This document shows positions 52,814 through 63,757 of a stretch of 64,000 nucleotides of DNA, one piece after another. The notes under the pieces were generated by a model. The model was not told the origin of the DNA. It was given only the letters and a program-made list of their open reading frames with translations, and did not search any database. Both the position numbers and the translations under genes were made by a program. The stretch's first letter is position 1; each line of letters opens with the position of its first letter. Source of the stretch: an uncultured delta proteobacterium (GTDB lineage: Bacteria > Desulfobacterota > Binatia > Binatales > Binataceae); contig CAVXXK010000001.1 in assembly GCA_963765675.1 (NCBI GenBank), positions 1,216,001-1,280,000 of the forward strand. Reading direction: 5' to 3'.

Positions 52814-54418
52814 TCAGGTCGGTTCGCCGGCGCCCACGACTTCGTACGGACGCATCATTTCCTTGTCCTCGTGCTCGAGATTGTGACAGTGCCATACGTA
52901 GCGGCCTTTGTAGCCTTCAAACCGAATGATGATTCGGGTGACGGCATGGGGCTGGGTGCGCACCGTATCCTTCCAGCCCATCTCATTCGGGTCGGGCGGC
53001 GTCGCCGGGCCCAGGTAGCGTAACTTGCTCGTACGTTGATACTCGAAAGGCTCGAAGACGCGTCGATCCAGGATCTGGAAACGAACCAGGTGCAGGTGAA
53101 TCGGGTGAACCTCGTCAGTCAGGTTGACCAGATTCCAAATCTCAGTCGTGTCGATCACTGGTTTTTCGGTAATCGGCTGGTGCCAGTAGGTCTTATTGAG
53201 AAGCATCAGAATGGTTTTCCCGCTGCGATCGTCGTACTCGTCCAGTGTGAGCGTCCGCGTGCGCACAGCGCTTGCCTCAGATATCCGCGGCACCGGACGC
53301 AGTGTACGTGGAACGGTGCTGGAATCGCTGGAATTGATGCGAGCGACCCGGAACTGCATCACGTCCTCATTGTCGTCCTTGAAAACAATGTTCTCACCTT
53401 GCAGGCCGGCGAAATCGATTACGATATCGGCGCGTTCAGCGGGAGCAATCGCCAGCCGCTTCACGTCGACAGGTGCTGACAGCAGTCCTTGATCGCTTCC
53501 GATTTGCGTCATCGGCAATCCATTCGCCAATAGCAAGTGGTAGAGCCGCGCGTTCGACGCATTGATTATTCGGAAACGGTACTTTCGTGGCTCGACCTCC
53601 AGATACGGCAGAATCCGGCCGTTGACCATCATGATATTGCCGAAAAAATCCGCGACCCAAGGAGAGCGCGGATCACTGGAGACTGGATAGAGTAGCTGTC
53701 CGCGCGTATCGAGCATCCGGTCATATATCACGAGTGGGACCTCATAGGGGCCGCTCGGCAGATTGAGTGAGTCTTCGAAACGATCGCGCGCGATGAACAG
53801 TCCCAGCAGCCCGGCGTATATATTCAGCCGGTTAATACCCATCGCGTGATCGTGATACCAGAGCGTCGCCGCGTCTTGATTATTTGGATAAAGATACGTG
53901 GCGGACTTGCCCGGAGGATACCAATCCTCCGGGTAGCCGTCGCTATCGGGCGGAGTCTTCCCGCCATGCAGATGCACGACGGCACGCACTTCGGGATTGC
54001 CGGATTCGGCGCCGTGCAGTGTACGATCGATCGGCAGGAAGTGATGATGAGGTAGTCGATTGATCCATTGCACCAGCAATGCATTACCGCTGACCGTGTC
54101 GATCGTCGGGCCGGGGACCATGCCGCTATATCCCCATTGGCGGGTAGGCGGAAGATCGCGATGGAGTTTGCTGGCGAACTCACGCATCTCGATTTGGTAG
54201 AAGGGAATTTCGCGCGAGGGATCCGCAGGACTGGCGCGCTGTCCGTAGACGCGGGCGGTCGGAAGGAGCGGGAGAGGATCGGCGAAGGCATGGAGCTTGG
54301 TGGGATCCAGCGCCTGAATCTGACCAGGCTCGGAACCGGAAGCCGTTGCGGCTCCAGTGAGTAACCCCGCTGTGACTATACCCCCGATTCGAAGGAAATC
54401 TCTTCGTGTAATTCGCAC
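52814..54418 (-). CDS. Tat-exported multicopper oxidase (CotA/bilirubin oxidase-like)
   Basis: TRRDFL; HLHG, WYHDH, HPIHLH, HCHNLEHED..MM. Confidence 0.95.
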   Translation of the reverse strand: MRITRRDFLRIGGIVTAGLLTGAATASGSEPGQIQALDPTKLHAFADPLPLLPTARVYGQRASPADPSREIPFYQIEMREFASKLHRDLPPTRQWGYSGMVPGPTIDTVSGNALLVQWINRLPHHHFLPIDRTLHGAESGNPEVRAVVHLHGGKTPPDSDGYPEDWYPPGKSATYLYPNNQDAATLWYHDHAMGINRLNIYAGLLGLFIARDRFEDSLNLPSGPYEVPLVIYDRMLDTRGQLLYPVSSDPRSPWVADFFGNIMMVNGRILPYLEVEPRKYRFRIINASNARLYHLLLANGLPMTQIGSDQGLLSAPVDVKRLAIAPAERADIVIDFAGLQGENIVFKDDNEDVMQFRVARINSSDSSTVPRTLRPVPRISEASAVRTRTLTLDEYDDRSGKTILMLLNKTYWHQPITEKPVIDTTEIWNLVNLTDEVHPIHLHLVRFQILDRRVFEPFEYQRTSKLRYLGPATPPDPNEMGWKDTVRTQPHAVTRIIIRFEGYKGRYVWHCHNLEHEDKEMMRPYEVVGAGEPT

Positions 54419-54476
54419 CTACGACCTCAATCTGATCGCTAAGAGCGCGCGGTGAAACAAATAATACTGACGCGCG

Positions 54477-54508
54477 CCGGCATGCGCGCGATTAAGCGCG
54501 CATGCCGG
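54477..54508. terminator. 13-bp inverted repeat after the phosphoesterase gene
   Basis: ccggcatgcgcgc-gattaa-gcgcgcatgccgg; no clear U-tract. Confidence 0.5.
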
Positions 54509-54536
54509 GCACCATCAGACTCTTCTCGGATTGTTA

Positions 54537-56192
54537 CTAGCGTGTGAATTGAGGGCCTTCGGACTCACCGCTGTTCGGGTCGATAATCAGCGTATTGAAA
54601 TTTGGACGCTGATCGAAGTCGAACATATTAGTCAACGAACCCGCGTACGCGTCGGACGAACCGGCGCCGAGCCGATTGCCGCCGAGCCAGTTGTCCTCGA
54701 CGAAGCGGATGATCGAGCTCTGATCGGTGAGCGTGTGGTCAACGAAGTTTTGCTTCGCCCACGATGAGATCACCATCATCGGAAGCCGCGGACCATATCC
54801 GCACCGGCCCTGCGCGTGCAGGGTGGCAGGATTGACCCCCGGTAACGCGCTGCTGCCGTCTCCACATGCCCCTTCGCCGGTGAGCGCATCAGCGCTGGTC
54901 GAGGAGTGGTTGACGATCGGACCGATCTGATGATCATACCAGCCGTCGGAATCGTCATAGTTAATGACTACCGCGGTATCGGACCAGAAGGGGCTCTCCT
55001 GAAGCGCGTTGATGACTTGTGCTACGAACTGCTGCTCGTCGAGCGGCGATGAGTAACCCGCGTGCGCATCCTGACTTCCGATCGCCTTCAGAAAACTCAC
55101 TGCTGGCAGGTTGCCGCTGTCTAGCGCGGCGAAGAAATCCTGGATGTCGTATTGATGATTTGCCTGATCCGTCTGCCCGATGTTGCCGATTGAAGTTGGG
55201 CGCAAGTGTTTCGGATTGGCAGTCGATACATAGTATTGGAATGGCTCGTGATGCGGAACATAGTCGGCCTTGTTTGCGCCGGTGATCGGCGAGGTCGTGT
55301 TCCGTGAACATCCGGTACTGCCGTTCGAGTTGACGATACTTAGATTGAAGCCGCCCTCGAACCACCCCCATGTAAGGCCGGCTTTGTTGAGCAGAGTGCC
55401 AATGTTCGGTCCGCTCATCTGGACTTTGACGCCGGTCGAGGTGGAGCAGACGTCGCCGATCGGGTCCGCGTCGCTGATCAAAGTCAGCCCGCCGTTGCCG
55501 TCGCTGATCGTGACATCGGAGGGTCCATTCTCGACTTCGCTCACGCCATTGGTCTGGCCGGAGACGAGGTTGATGGCGCCGGGAGACGACGGTCCAAAGG
55601 TGGTGTCATAGGAGTTATCATTGAGCGCGTAATGCTGCGCATAGTTCCACAGCGCCGTCACGGTATTGCCGTCGTAGTAGCCCATCACCAGCCCGGTGCT
55701 ATCGACGGTGTCGGGCGGGGTCCCGGGAGGCGGTCCCGCGGTGCCGGTGAATTCCGGGAACGCGTCCATCAGGCCGTTGTCGAAGGCCTGCTGCTCCGGC
55801 GTGTAGTCGTGGTCCTGATCCGCAGTCAGGGCTTGGGAACGGTCGAGGCGAAAAGGATTGGCCGCGCCGGTCCCGTTCGCGGCGTTGAGAAAGTTCGGAT
55901 TCGCGGTCGATAGGACTCCTCCGAGGCCGTTGACGCTCGGCGTCCCCCGGAGAGGGCTGAAGCTGGGTTCGCCAGGCGGATTGGTGGCGTTGGGATAAGT
56001 GCCGAAGTAATGATCAAAGGAGATATTTTCTCCGAAGATCACCACCAGATGTTTGATCGGCGTTGCGGTTTGGGGGCTTACGGGGAAGTCCGGGCGATTT
56101 GCTCCTGCCACGCCCGCCTGCATGGCGACCATGCCGAGCGCGGTGGCGCCCGCAACCCCTTGACGAATCAAAGCTCTAAGTCTCTTGCGCAT
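54537..56192 (-). CDS. Secreted phosphoesterase (AcpA / phospholipase C family)
   Basis: Signal peptide, IKHLVVIFGENISFDHYFG, GPSSPG, YDDSDGWYDH, GYGPRLP; GGAGG RBS. Confidence 0.93.
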   Translation of the reverse strand: MRKRLRALIRQGVAGATALGMVAMQAGVAGANRPDFPVSPQTATPIKHLVVIFGENISFDHYFGTYPNATNPPGEPSFSPLRGTPSVNGLGGVLSTANPNFLNAANGTGAANPFRLDRSQALTADQDHDYTPEQQAFDNGLMDAFPEFTGTAGPPPGTPPDTVDSTGLVMGYYDGNTVTALWNYAQHYALNDNSYDTTFGPSSPGAINLVSGQTNGVSEVENGPSDVTISDGNGGLTLISDADPIGDVCSTSTGVKVQMSGPNIGTLLNKAGLTWGWFEGGFNLSIVNSNGSTGCSRNTTSPITGANKADYVPHHEPFQYYVSTANPKHLRPTSIGNIGQTDQANHQYDIQDFFAALDSGNLPAVSFLKAIGSQDAHAGYSSPLDEQQFVAQVINALQESPFWSDTAVVINYDDSDGWYDHQIGPIVNHSSTSADALTGEGACGDGSSALPGVNPATLHAQGRCGYGPRLPMMVISSWAKQNFVDHTLTDQSSIIRFVEDNWLGGNRLGAGSSDAYAGSLTNMFDFDQRPNFNTLIIDPNSGESEGPQFTR

Positions 56193-56375
56193 AATTCCCT
56201 CCTCCTGAATCGTTTGAAGCGAAACAAAGCCACGGCTGCACAACCGCTATTGCGGGAGGAATATAGGCGCGAACAGATTGCGCCTCTTTCAACGGAAAAA
56301 TAATTCGCCGTTACGCGAGAATCTTCTTTCTGCAAACGGAATCGGGAGCGAGGCTTGACGCGAGCTATAACCGGG

Positions 56376-56390
56376 TGATAATTATTATCA
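56376..56390. promoter_or_regulatory. Perfect 7-1-7 Fur box overlapping a sigma70-type promoter
   Basis: TGATAAT-T-ATTATCA; TTGACG at 56355-56360 and GATAAT at 56377-56382. Confidence 0.85.
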
Positions 56391-56395
56391 TCTGA

Positions 56396-56899
56396 GTGAT
56401 GGAACTACAGCTCGTCAGTGAGGGTCGCCGCGCCGGCTACGCCGCGCGCAGGCTCGAGGAGTTCGCCGCGCGATGCCGCCGCGGAGGTCTTGCCGTGACT
56501 CCTCAGCGCCTGGCGATTATCCAGGCCCTGCTCGAGTCCGGAGAGCATCCGCGCGCCGACACGATCTACGCCGAAGTGCGCAAACTCCATCCGCACATCT
56601 CGCTCGCTACGGTGCATCGGACCCTCGAGACTATGTGCGAGGTCGGAGAGGCGCGCAAAGTCACGATGCTGCACGATAGCGCGCGCTACGACGGTAATCT
56701 GATGCCGCATCATCATGTGGTCTGCGTCAAATGCCGGCGGATCCGCGATATCGAGATTCCGGAGCTGGACAAGGTTCTGGAAGGACGCTCGGGACTGGGC
56801 GAATTCACCTTGCTCGGCGCATCGCTGGAAGTGATCGCGCTGTGCGAACGATGCAGACCTCGCCGCAAGCGTGCGCACGCAGCGAGGAGACGTGGCTGA
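56396..56899 (+). CDS. Fur-family regulator (PerR-like by context)
   Basis: TPQRLAI, HP, SLATVHRTL, RYD, HHHVVCVKC, CERC. Confidence 0.93.
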   Translation: MMELQLVSEGRRAGYAARRLEEFAARCRRGGLAVTPQRLAIIQALLESGEHPRADTIYAEVRKLHPHISLATVHRTLETMCEVGEARKVTMLHDSARYDGNLMPHHHVVCVKCRRIRDIEIPELDKVLEGRSGLGEFTLLGASLEVIALCERCRPRRKRAHAARRRG

Positions 56900-56953
56900 C
56901 CGTCACAAGTCGAACTGAGGACGAAACCGTTTGCTTAAAGTCAGGAGGCAATA

Positions 56954-57373
<420 letters not shown>

Positions 57374-57387
57374 GCCGTGCACTGAGA

Positions 57388-57490
57388 CCCCCTCTCACCT
57401 GCTTTAATATGCCCTCTCCCACCGGGAGGGGGCGGCGCGGCGCGATGCTTGCGTTTTTTTCACAAGCATCGCGCCGCGCGGGTGAGGGTG
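57388..57490. repeat. Composite palindromic intergenic element (CCCTCTCCC/GGGTGAGGG-type REP-like)
   Basis: Outer ctcacctgc/gcgggtgag, hairpin ccctctccc-acc-gggaggggg, and a perfect 16-bp IR at 57436-57451/57463-57478. Confidence 0.65.
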
Positions 57491-57586
57491 CTTACTATGC
57501 AACTCCTGGCGAGGTGCATCCGGAGCGATTCTTTTCCCAATCCACGCCGCGTCGCCGGACGCAGTTCGTCCGGAGGTCCCGTAAGC

Positions 57587-58939
57587 ATGTCCAGCCGCAT
57601 TTCATCTCAGCCTACCGACGGCCTGTGTTACAGTCCGACTGACCCGAAGTATTGGGAACGCGCCGGCCTGGACAAGGAGGTCGAGCGCGTTTTCGACATC
57701 TGCCAGGGATGCCGCCTGTGCTGGAACTTGTGCCCGTCATTCCCTGTGCTGTTCGATGGCGTCGATCGCAATGACGGCGACGTGCGCGGACTGACCAAAG
57801 ACGAAACCCGCCGCGTGGTCGACCTTTGCTACGGATGCAAGCTGTGCGAGGTGAAGTGCCCCTACACGCCGCGCGACGGGCACGAATTCCAGCTCGACTT
57901 TCCGCGCTTGATGTTGCGCGCGAAATCGGTGCGCGCCAAAGAGGAAGGCGTCGGGATGCGTGAGAAACTGCTCGGCAATCCTGACCTGCTCGGAAAAATC
58001 GGAAGCAAGACCCCCGGACTTGCCAACTGGGGATGCCATCAGAAGTTCCAGCGCGTGATGATGGAGAAGCTGCTTGGGATTCATCGCGACAAGCTTCTGC
58101 CTGATTTCGCGGGTGAGACCTTCGACAAATGGCTCAAACGACATCCGCTGCCGCCTGCTCCCGCCGAGCCGGCCGCGAAAGTGGCGCTGTTTCCAACCTG
58201 CTTCGTCAACTATTACCGGCCCGCTCCGGGTATCGCCGCGGTTGACGTGCTGGCCAAAAACGGATGCGACGTGAAATGCCCGAAGCAAAACTGCTGCGGG
58301 ATGCCCGCGCTCGATGGCGGCGAGATAGAATTCGCGCAGTCAGAGGCGCGGTCGAATATTGCCTCGATGCTGCCGCTGGTGCGCCAGGGCTACAAAATCG
58401 CCGCGATCAATCCAACCTGCTCTTTGATGATGCGACAGGAGTATCCAAAGATTCTCGCAACCGCCGAGGCCAGGGAATTCGCTGCCGCGGTGGTCGATCC
58501 GCACGAAGTGCTATGGCAACTGAAACAGGCCGATCGCTTCAACCGCGGCTTTCTCAGCACGCCCGGCACTATCGCCTACCATGTGCCGTGCCATCTGAAA
58601 GCGCAGGGAATCGGATTTCGCTCGCGCGATTTGATGCGCATCATCCCGGGCGCGAGCATCGCGACCGTCGATGCGTGCACGGCGCACGATGGCACCTGGG
58701 CGATGAAGAAGGAATTCTTCGAGCTCTCGATGCAGGCCGGAGAGAAAGCGTTTGCCGGAATGCGCGACGCGGACGCCAGGGTGATGGCGTCCGACTGTCC
58801 TCTGGCGGCGGTACAAATCGAACAGGCCACGGGCATTCATCCGATGCATCCGATTGAAGTGCTGGCGCGCGCGTACCGCGCGCCCGGCGACGGCGGCTTT
58901 CCCGATCGCGTGCCGGAGCCTACGGAGAAAACCGCATGA
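57587..58939 (+). CDS. Rubrerythrin-associated Fe-S oxidoreductase (GlpC/HdrD-like)
   Basis: CQGCRLCWNLC, CYGCKLCEVKCP, CCGMP, YHVPCH, SDCP; GGAGG RBS. Confidence 0.92.
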   Translation: MSSRISSQPTDGLCYSPTDPKYWERAGLDKEVERVFDICQGCRLCWNLCPSFPVLFDGVDRNDGDVRGLTKDETRRVVDLCYGCKLCEVKCPYTPRDGHEFQLDFPRLMLRAKSVRAKEEGVGMREKLLGNPDLLGKIGSKTPGLANWGCHQKFQRVMMEKLLGIHRDKLLPDFAGETFDKWLKRHPLPPAPAEPAAKVALFPTCFVNYYRPAPGIAAVDVLAKNGCDVKCPKQNCCGMPALDGGEIEFAQSEARSNIASMLPLVRQGYKIAAINPTCSLMMRQEYPKILATAEAREFAAAVVDPHEVLWQLKQADRFNRGFLSTPGTIAYHVPCHLKAQGIGFRSRDLMRIIPGASIATVDACTAHDGTWAMKKEFFELSMQAGEKAFAGMRDADARVMASDCPLAAVQIEQATGIHPMHPIEVLARAYRAPGDGGFPDRVPEPTEKTA

Positions 58940-59517
58940 AACCGATCAGGTTCGAGGAGACTCTTGCGCTGGCCGATTACGATCGCGCGCGCGACCGCCT
59001 GCGCCCACTTTTCATTCATGAAAAGGAGCGTCGCCGCCTCACGGTCGGAACGCATATAACGCTGATTTTCGAAAATCCGCAGACGGTCTGGTACCAGGTG
59101 CAGGAGATGATCCATACCGAGCGGATGATCGCGCAAGACGCTATCCAGCATGAGCTCGATACTTACAACGAGCTTCTTCCCAACCCCGATTCGCTGTCGG
59201 CGACGATGTTGATCGAATACTCGGAACCGGTCGAGCGCGACGCCGCTTTGCGCCGCCTGCTCGGCCTCGAGCGGCACCTTTGGATCGTCGTCGGAGAGCG
59301 GCGCGAGCGCGCAATTTTCGATACTCGCCAGATGAACGACGAACGAATCAGCTCGGTGCAGTTCGTGCGCTTTCCGGTCGCCGGCATCAATGCCGAGGAG
59401 TTCCTGGAATTTGCGCGTGTGGGAAAATGCGCGATCGAGACCGACCATCCGAGCATGGCCGCGCGCGCCGTAATCACCGGTGTTCTCGCCGCGGCTCTCG
59501 CTGAGGATTTGGCATAA
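58936..59517 (+). CDS. DUF3501 family protein
   Basis: K..RR..VG, FEN..TV.YQVQEM, YNELLP, ATMLIE, SSVQFVRF; canonical rbr-RFO-DUF3501 context. Confidence 0.9.
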   Translation: MKPIRFEETLALADYDRARDRLRPLFIHEKERRRLTVGTHITLIFENPQTVWYQVQEMIHTERMIAQDAIQHELDTYNELLPNPDSLSATMLIEYSEPVERDAALRRLLGLERHLWIVVGERRERAIFDTRQMNDERISSVQFVRFPVAGINAEEFLEFARVGKCAIETDHPSMAARAVITGVLAAALAEDLA

Positions 59518-59616
59518 CCGAAGACGCTTTCGATCCCTTCCGATTTCCGAGACACTTATCGCCCGCGATCGGCGACGGGTGAAAAGCCTGCGCCGCCCAA
59601 CTCCTTTCGCGCAGGC

Positions 59617-59659
59617 AAAAGAAAACCCCGAATCCGGTTTTGCCGGATTCGGGGTTGTT
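59617..59659. terminator. Terminator between convergent genes
   Basis: 14-bp IR aaccccgaatccgg/ccggattcggggtt, U-rich on the minus side. Confidence 0.78.
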
Positions 59660-59688
59660 GCTTAGTGGTCAGTTATTCGATCGCGCCA

Positions 59689-61155
59689 TCAACCCGGTGG
59701 AGGAGTTGGGGTCGGGCTCGGGGTGGCGGTCGAGGTCGGCGTGGCCGTAGCGGTCGGAGTAGCCGTTGCCGTCGCGCTTGGCGTAGGTGTCGGCGACAGG
59801 ACCGGAAGTGGAGGCACGCCCGTAACCAGTGCAACACCCACCGGCTGGTTCAGGTGGGTCTTTCGGCCCTGCAGGATAGTGTCAGGTTTGACGTTGAGAA
59901 GGCCGCTGAAAGCAGCATCCTCGAACTCAAGGACCTGGTTCCTTTCATTATTCGCCACGTAGAGGTCGCCATCGGCATCCATCGCGATACCCATGGGAGC
60001 CTTCAGGCGGGAACGCTTGCCAGCTATCTGGGTCACGACATCGCCCGTGCCACCATTGCCGACATCGAACTGGAAGACCGAGTTCTGTTTCAGATCCGAG
60101 ACCCACAGCGAACCATCAATCGGGCTGATTGCGTCGTATTCGCCCAAGTCAAGGATAGTATCGCCTACCGCATCAATCGCATCGGTGCATCCGCTCGAAC
60201 CGGCTGCATACTCCGTTACATAGCTCGGGAAGGAGCCGAAACCGCTGTTCACGACCCAGATGTTGTTGGCCGAATCCAGCGCGATGCCCACCGGGCCAAG
60301 TAATCCGGTCGAGAAGCCGTCGCTGGTGCAAATGACGGTATCCTCAATTGCTCCCAGTGGCGTCGCCAAAGGATCGGTCGCGCTTCCCGCATCGGGCTGG
60401 TACTCGAGGACCGATCCGGTACCCTCGGGTCCGCCGGTGTAATTGGTGACATAGAAGTTTCCGGGACCACCCGGGATTGCAACCACACTGGCGACGCTCA
60501 ACTCCACGAGTGGTGGGAAAGGAACGAAAGCGATTCCCTCTGGCAGGGACAGCGGATTTCCGGGATACAACTCGCCCGGTGCGCAGCTTCCATCCGAAAG
60601 CGTGACGAAACAGATCGGAGGCAATGTCATCATGAAAGCGATCGGGCTGCTGTCGGTCTGGGTACCCGGCGCATAAGCAGCGACGATATCAGGGTCAGGT
60701 TTGGCCGTTGTCCCCAAGATACTTAGATCACTCGCCGCATAAATAGCATCGGTGACGACCGGGCCACCGGGGGCAAGCGACTCAATTCCATTGGGGTTGA
60801 CCGCGTCACCCGACAGAACGTCTTCCGTGGGGACACCGGCGATGCCGAGGAGTGCGATTCCACCGGTAGCGCCTTTGATTGTCGCAGTCGGACGTGTGCC
60901 CTTATTGGCGCCTGCGGGAAAGGTCAAGATGGTGCCGACCAGGAACGCGCCGCTGTTGGTCACCACTAGTCCGCTTTCCAAGCCCAGCGATCGCTGCGCG
61001 CTCTTACTCTTCGCATAACTCGTCGTGGTTGTACCAACGACAGCCAGCGAGGCGATGACCGCCACTGTTACCACGGTTGCGAGCGCACGTTTGACGCTCA
61101 CCGTCATCAGCGCGGCTCTGTGCGCCAATGAAAACCCATCCCGTTCCTGAGTCAT
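59689..61155 (-). CDS. Secreted NHL/beta-propeller-like protein with Pro/Thr/Ala tail
   Basis: Signal-like TM; repeats P.GIA.D...N..V.N; C-terminal PT/AT run; alternative starts at 61179 and 61203. Confidence 0.82.
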   Translation of the reverse strand: MTQERDGFSLAHRAALMTVSVKRALATVVTVAVIASLAVVGTTTTSYAKSKSAQRSLGLESGLVVTNSGAFLVGTILTFPAGANKGTRPTATIKGATGGIALLGIAGVPTEDVLSGDAVNPNGIESLAPGGPVVTDAIYAASDLSILGTTAKPDPDIVAAYAPGTQTDSSPIAFMMTLPPICFVTLSDGSCAPGELYPGNPLSLPEGIAFVPFPPLVELSVASVVAIPGGPGNFYVTNYTGGPEGTGSVLEYQPDAGSATDPLATPLGAIEDTVICTSDGFSTGLLGPVGIALDSANNIWVVNSGFGSFPSYVTEYAAGSSGCTDAIDAVGDTILDLGEYDAISPIDGSLWVSDLKQNSVFQFDVGNGGTGDVVTQIAGKRSRLKAPMGIAMDADGDLYVANNERNQVLEFEDAAFSGLLNVKPDTILQGRKTHLNQPVGVALVTGVPPLPVLSPTPTPSATATATPTATATPTSTATPSPTPTPPPG

Positions 61156-61755
61156 CGTATGCATCCTTCCCTGAGTCATTGTGTGTAACCCCCGCCGAGT
61201 CATTCGGTTTCGCACCTGCTGACCCAACCTAACTTCCTCCGCGTCGCCGTCAAGAACCCCTCTCAGTCCGGCTTGGCAAAAAACACTTCCTGCGAAAATC
61301 AAGGAAGCATTCCTTGGACGCGCGTATCGGTGGCTTTACGTACACTGATCGAAGATCAAATTCAAGTGCGCCGTAATTGTTTCTTAATCCTGATCGAATT
61401 CCCCGCCCCGGCCAGAAGACTTTGCGCCAAATCTCCGCGCAAACTTATGCGGCTCATCCGCCCATGTCAATTTGGTCAATGTCAGTTTCCTCGGGCCGTC
61501 AAGTACATGGTGATTGCGACCGGTGCCTGTACGGCCGATGTGTGCAACGTTGGGCTTTCGTGACCCCTCGATTTCCGGAACTTGAATTTTCACTGCGCAC
61601 CGTCTTGACAAGGGGCGAAGCCAAGTGGTAGCTAACGCCCGTTCGTAGTTGTCTAAGCGGCGACGGGGGATAGTGTCGATCCCGCGTCCCGTTTTGATCA
61701 CAGGGGCTTGTAGAGTTCGACCAATCACGACGGTCTAACTGGCTTGGGGGTGTAT

Positions 61756-63600
61756 ATGAACGTGAATCGAGAGACGGGTCGAGGAGTGCGGTGGCGCAGT
61801 CTGATTGTCGCCACCGTGGCCACAGTCGCGACCTTATGGTCGTCGGCTGCTATGGCAACCATCACCCAGGGCGACTTTTCGGTATTCGGGTTTTTCGAGA
61901 CCCGAGAGGAAGGGCGCTGGGGTGAAGGCTCGAGCAACAACAACGGAACGCCGACCACGCTGACGCATCCGACGCCCACGACCACAATCGCTACGCCGGG
62001 CACGGCCGCGACAGAGAATGGCGGAAGCTTCGACTTCAACCACTGGGATCTGGATGAGATGCGCCAGCTGGGCGATATCCGTCCTGATTACCATTTCGTC
62101 AAGAACTACAAATTTCTTGGCCGCTTCGATACGTTGTTCCTCAAGGACGCGGATTTCTTCGCGTTCTACCGTCCATGGTACGACGCGATCGGCTCGATTA
62201 AGGACCGGGGCCGCGCGGAGCCCAATCGCGACTGGACGCCGTACTCGCAGCAAGACCTGCAGCAACAGTATTTCCGCGACGACCTTCACGAATACTATGC
62301 GCAGTTGAACTTCACGGATAACTTCTCGGCTCGTATCGGCAAGCAGGAAGTTATCTGGTCGGAAGCCGACGCGCTGTCGGGCACGGAAATCACCAACTCG
62401 ATCGACGCCACCTACCACGGGGTCTACGGCGCGGAAGCGGCGGAAGATCAGCGCAAAAACCTGCGGATGATCAAGTTCAATTACATCCTGCCCGATTTCC
62501 TTAAGACCGCGAACAATGAAATCGAAGCGTTCGTTATCCCCGGCGACTACGAAGGTAACTCGATCAACGTCAACACCACCGACTCCCGCAACCCCTGGAT
62601 AATTCCAGCCGCAACCGCCAAGGTCGGGTATAACCAGAATGGGCAGGCGTTTCGCAACCAGACCTTCATGGATCAGGGCGCCAAGCCGATGCTGTTCTCG
62701 GGCGGCCTGTTCTTTGACGAGGTGGTGCAGGATCACGGCAACACGCCGTCGAACTCGCTGCGCAACAGCGAATTCGGCGTGCGCCTGTCAAGCTTGCTGC
62801 CAATCGGCAACGGTCTTCAGGCAAGTTTCATCTATCTGTACGAGGCGCGCGATGAAGCCACTGCGGTTTGCTCGTCATGCAGCCCCGCTGATGCCGGCAA
62901 GGGTTACACCTACTCAGCGCCCGGCGTTTTCGTAAATACCGGCCACTATGCATATGGACCTCCGCGTGCCGGTGTGCCCAAAGCCGGAACGATCAAGATT
63001 CTGACCGCCGAAGATTACAAGCGTAACAACTTCTTCGGACTAACCGGCACCTACTACGACAAGGATCTGACCGATATCGTTTATCGCTACGACACGCTGT
63101 ACGCGCCGAGTGAGGGAATCGGGGTAGGCTCTGGCACTCCCGGTGTGGGGGGACCTCTAAGCGGAGTGGCGACGACGGAGAACGCCCGTTTCATTGTCGC
63201 GGGCGACCGTCCGACGTACATACCGTGGCTGTCGAAGCAGCACACGTTCCTGACCTTCCAGTATGTCAACACGTGGTATCCGGACCGTCCGAAATATCCG
63301 GTCCCGAGCATCGCGAACGCTTTCGGCAAGGTGCGCGAGGACAGCAACTTCTTCTTCCTCGCGGCGACCAACTGGCTGATGAATGGGCAGCTCACTGCGA
63401 CCAACGTCTTCCAGTGGGATATCGACGACAACTGCGGCGCGTTCACCTCGACCAACGTGTACCGCTATTCGCGCAACGTCCTGTTCGGAGTGAATACCGC
63501 GTGGTTCCAGGGCCGCTCGGGCCGCTATACAGATCCGTTTCTGTACAGTCGGCAACAGCGCGAAAATCTGCTCGAGTTCACGATGTCGTACGAAATCTAA
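61756..63600 (+). CDS. Outer-membrane beta-barrel protein, DUF1302-like
   Basis: Signal peptide, LHEYY, RIGKQEVIW.EAD, SEFGVRL, terminal LEFTMSYEI. Confidence 0.8.
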   Translation: MNVNRETGRGVRWRSLIVATVATVATLWSSAAMATITQGDFSVFGFFETREEGRWGEGSSNNNGTPTTLTHPTPTTTIATPGTAATENGGSFDFNHWDLDEMRQLGDIRPDYHFVKNYKFLGRFDTLFLKDADFFAFYRPWYDAIGSIKDRGRAEPNRDWTPYSQQDLQQQYFRDDLHEYYAQLNFTDNFSARIGKQEVIWSEADALSGTEITNSIDATYHGVYGAEAAEDQRKNLRMIKFNYILPDFLKTANNEIEAFVIPGDYEGNSINVNTTDSRNPWIIPAATAKVGYNQNGQAFRNQTFMDQGAKPMLFSGGLFFDEVVQDHGNTPSNSLRNSEFGVRLSSLLPIGNGLQASFIYLYEARDEATAVCSSCSPADAGKGYTYSAPGVFVNTGHYAYGPPRAGVPKAGTIKILTAEDYKRNNFFGLTGTYYDKDLTDIVYRYDTLYAPSEGIGVGSGTPGVGGPLSGVATTENARFIVAGDRPTYIPWLSKQHTFLTFQYVNTWYPDRPKYPVPSIANAFGKVREDSNFFFLAATNWLMNGQLTATNVFQWDIDDNCGAFTSTNVYRYSRNVLFGVNTAWFQGRSGRYTDPFLYSRQQRENLLEFTMSYEI

Positions 63601-63619
63601 TTCCTGAACGTGGACCTAA

Positions 63620-63658
63620 AGGGCGGCTGTGGCGTAAGCCACAGCCGCCTTTGTTTTT
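63620..63658 (+). terminator. Intrinsic terminator
   Basis: ggcggctgtggc-gtaa-gccacagccgcc followed by tttgttttt. Confidence 0.88.
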
Positions 63659-63757
63659 CCAGCGATCAACTCTCACGAGCGGCTCGCACAGGCGATCGAA
63701 TTTCATGACCCAGGATGCGCGGCATGATAGCCTCTGAGGGAACTGAGCAGGCGGAGG

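Noticed and set aside
59695-59795. Repetitive ggggtcggg/gccgt tract
   Set aside because: Encodes the Pro/Thr/Ala tail; not a CRISPR array or independent repeat
61640-61745. tRNA- or riboswitch-like leader (contains gttcga and GC stems)
   Set aside because: No cloverleaf and no match to riboswitch consensus sequences I can recognise; an Rfam scan would settle it
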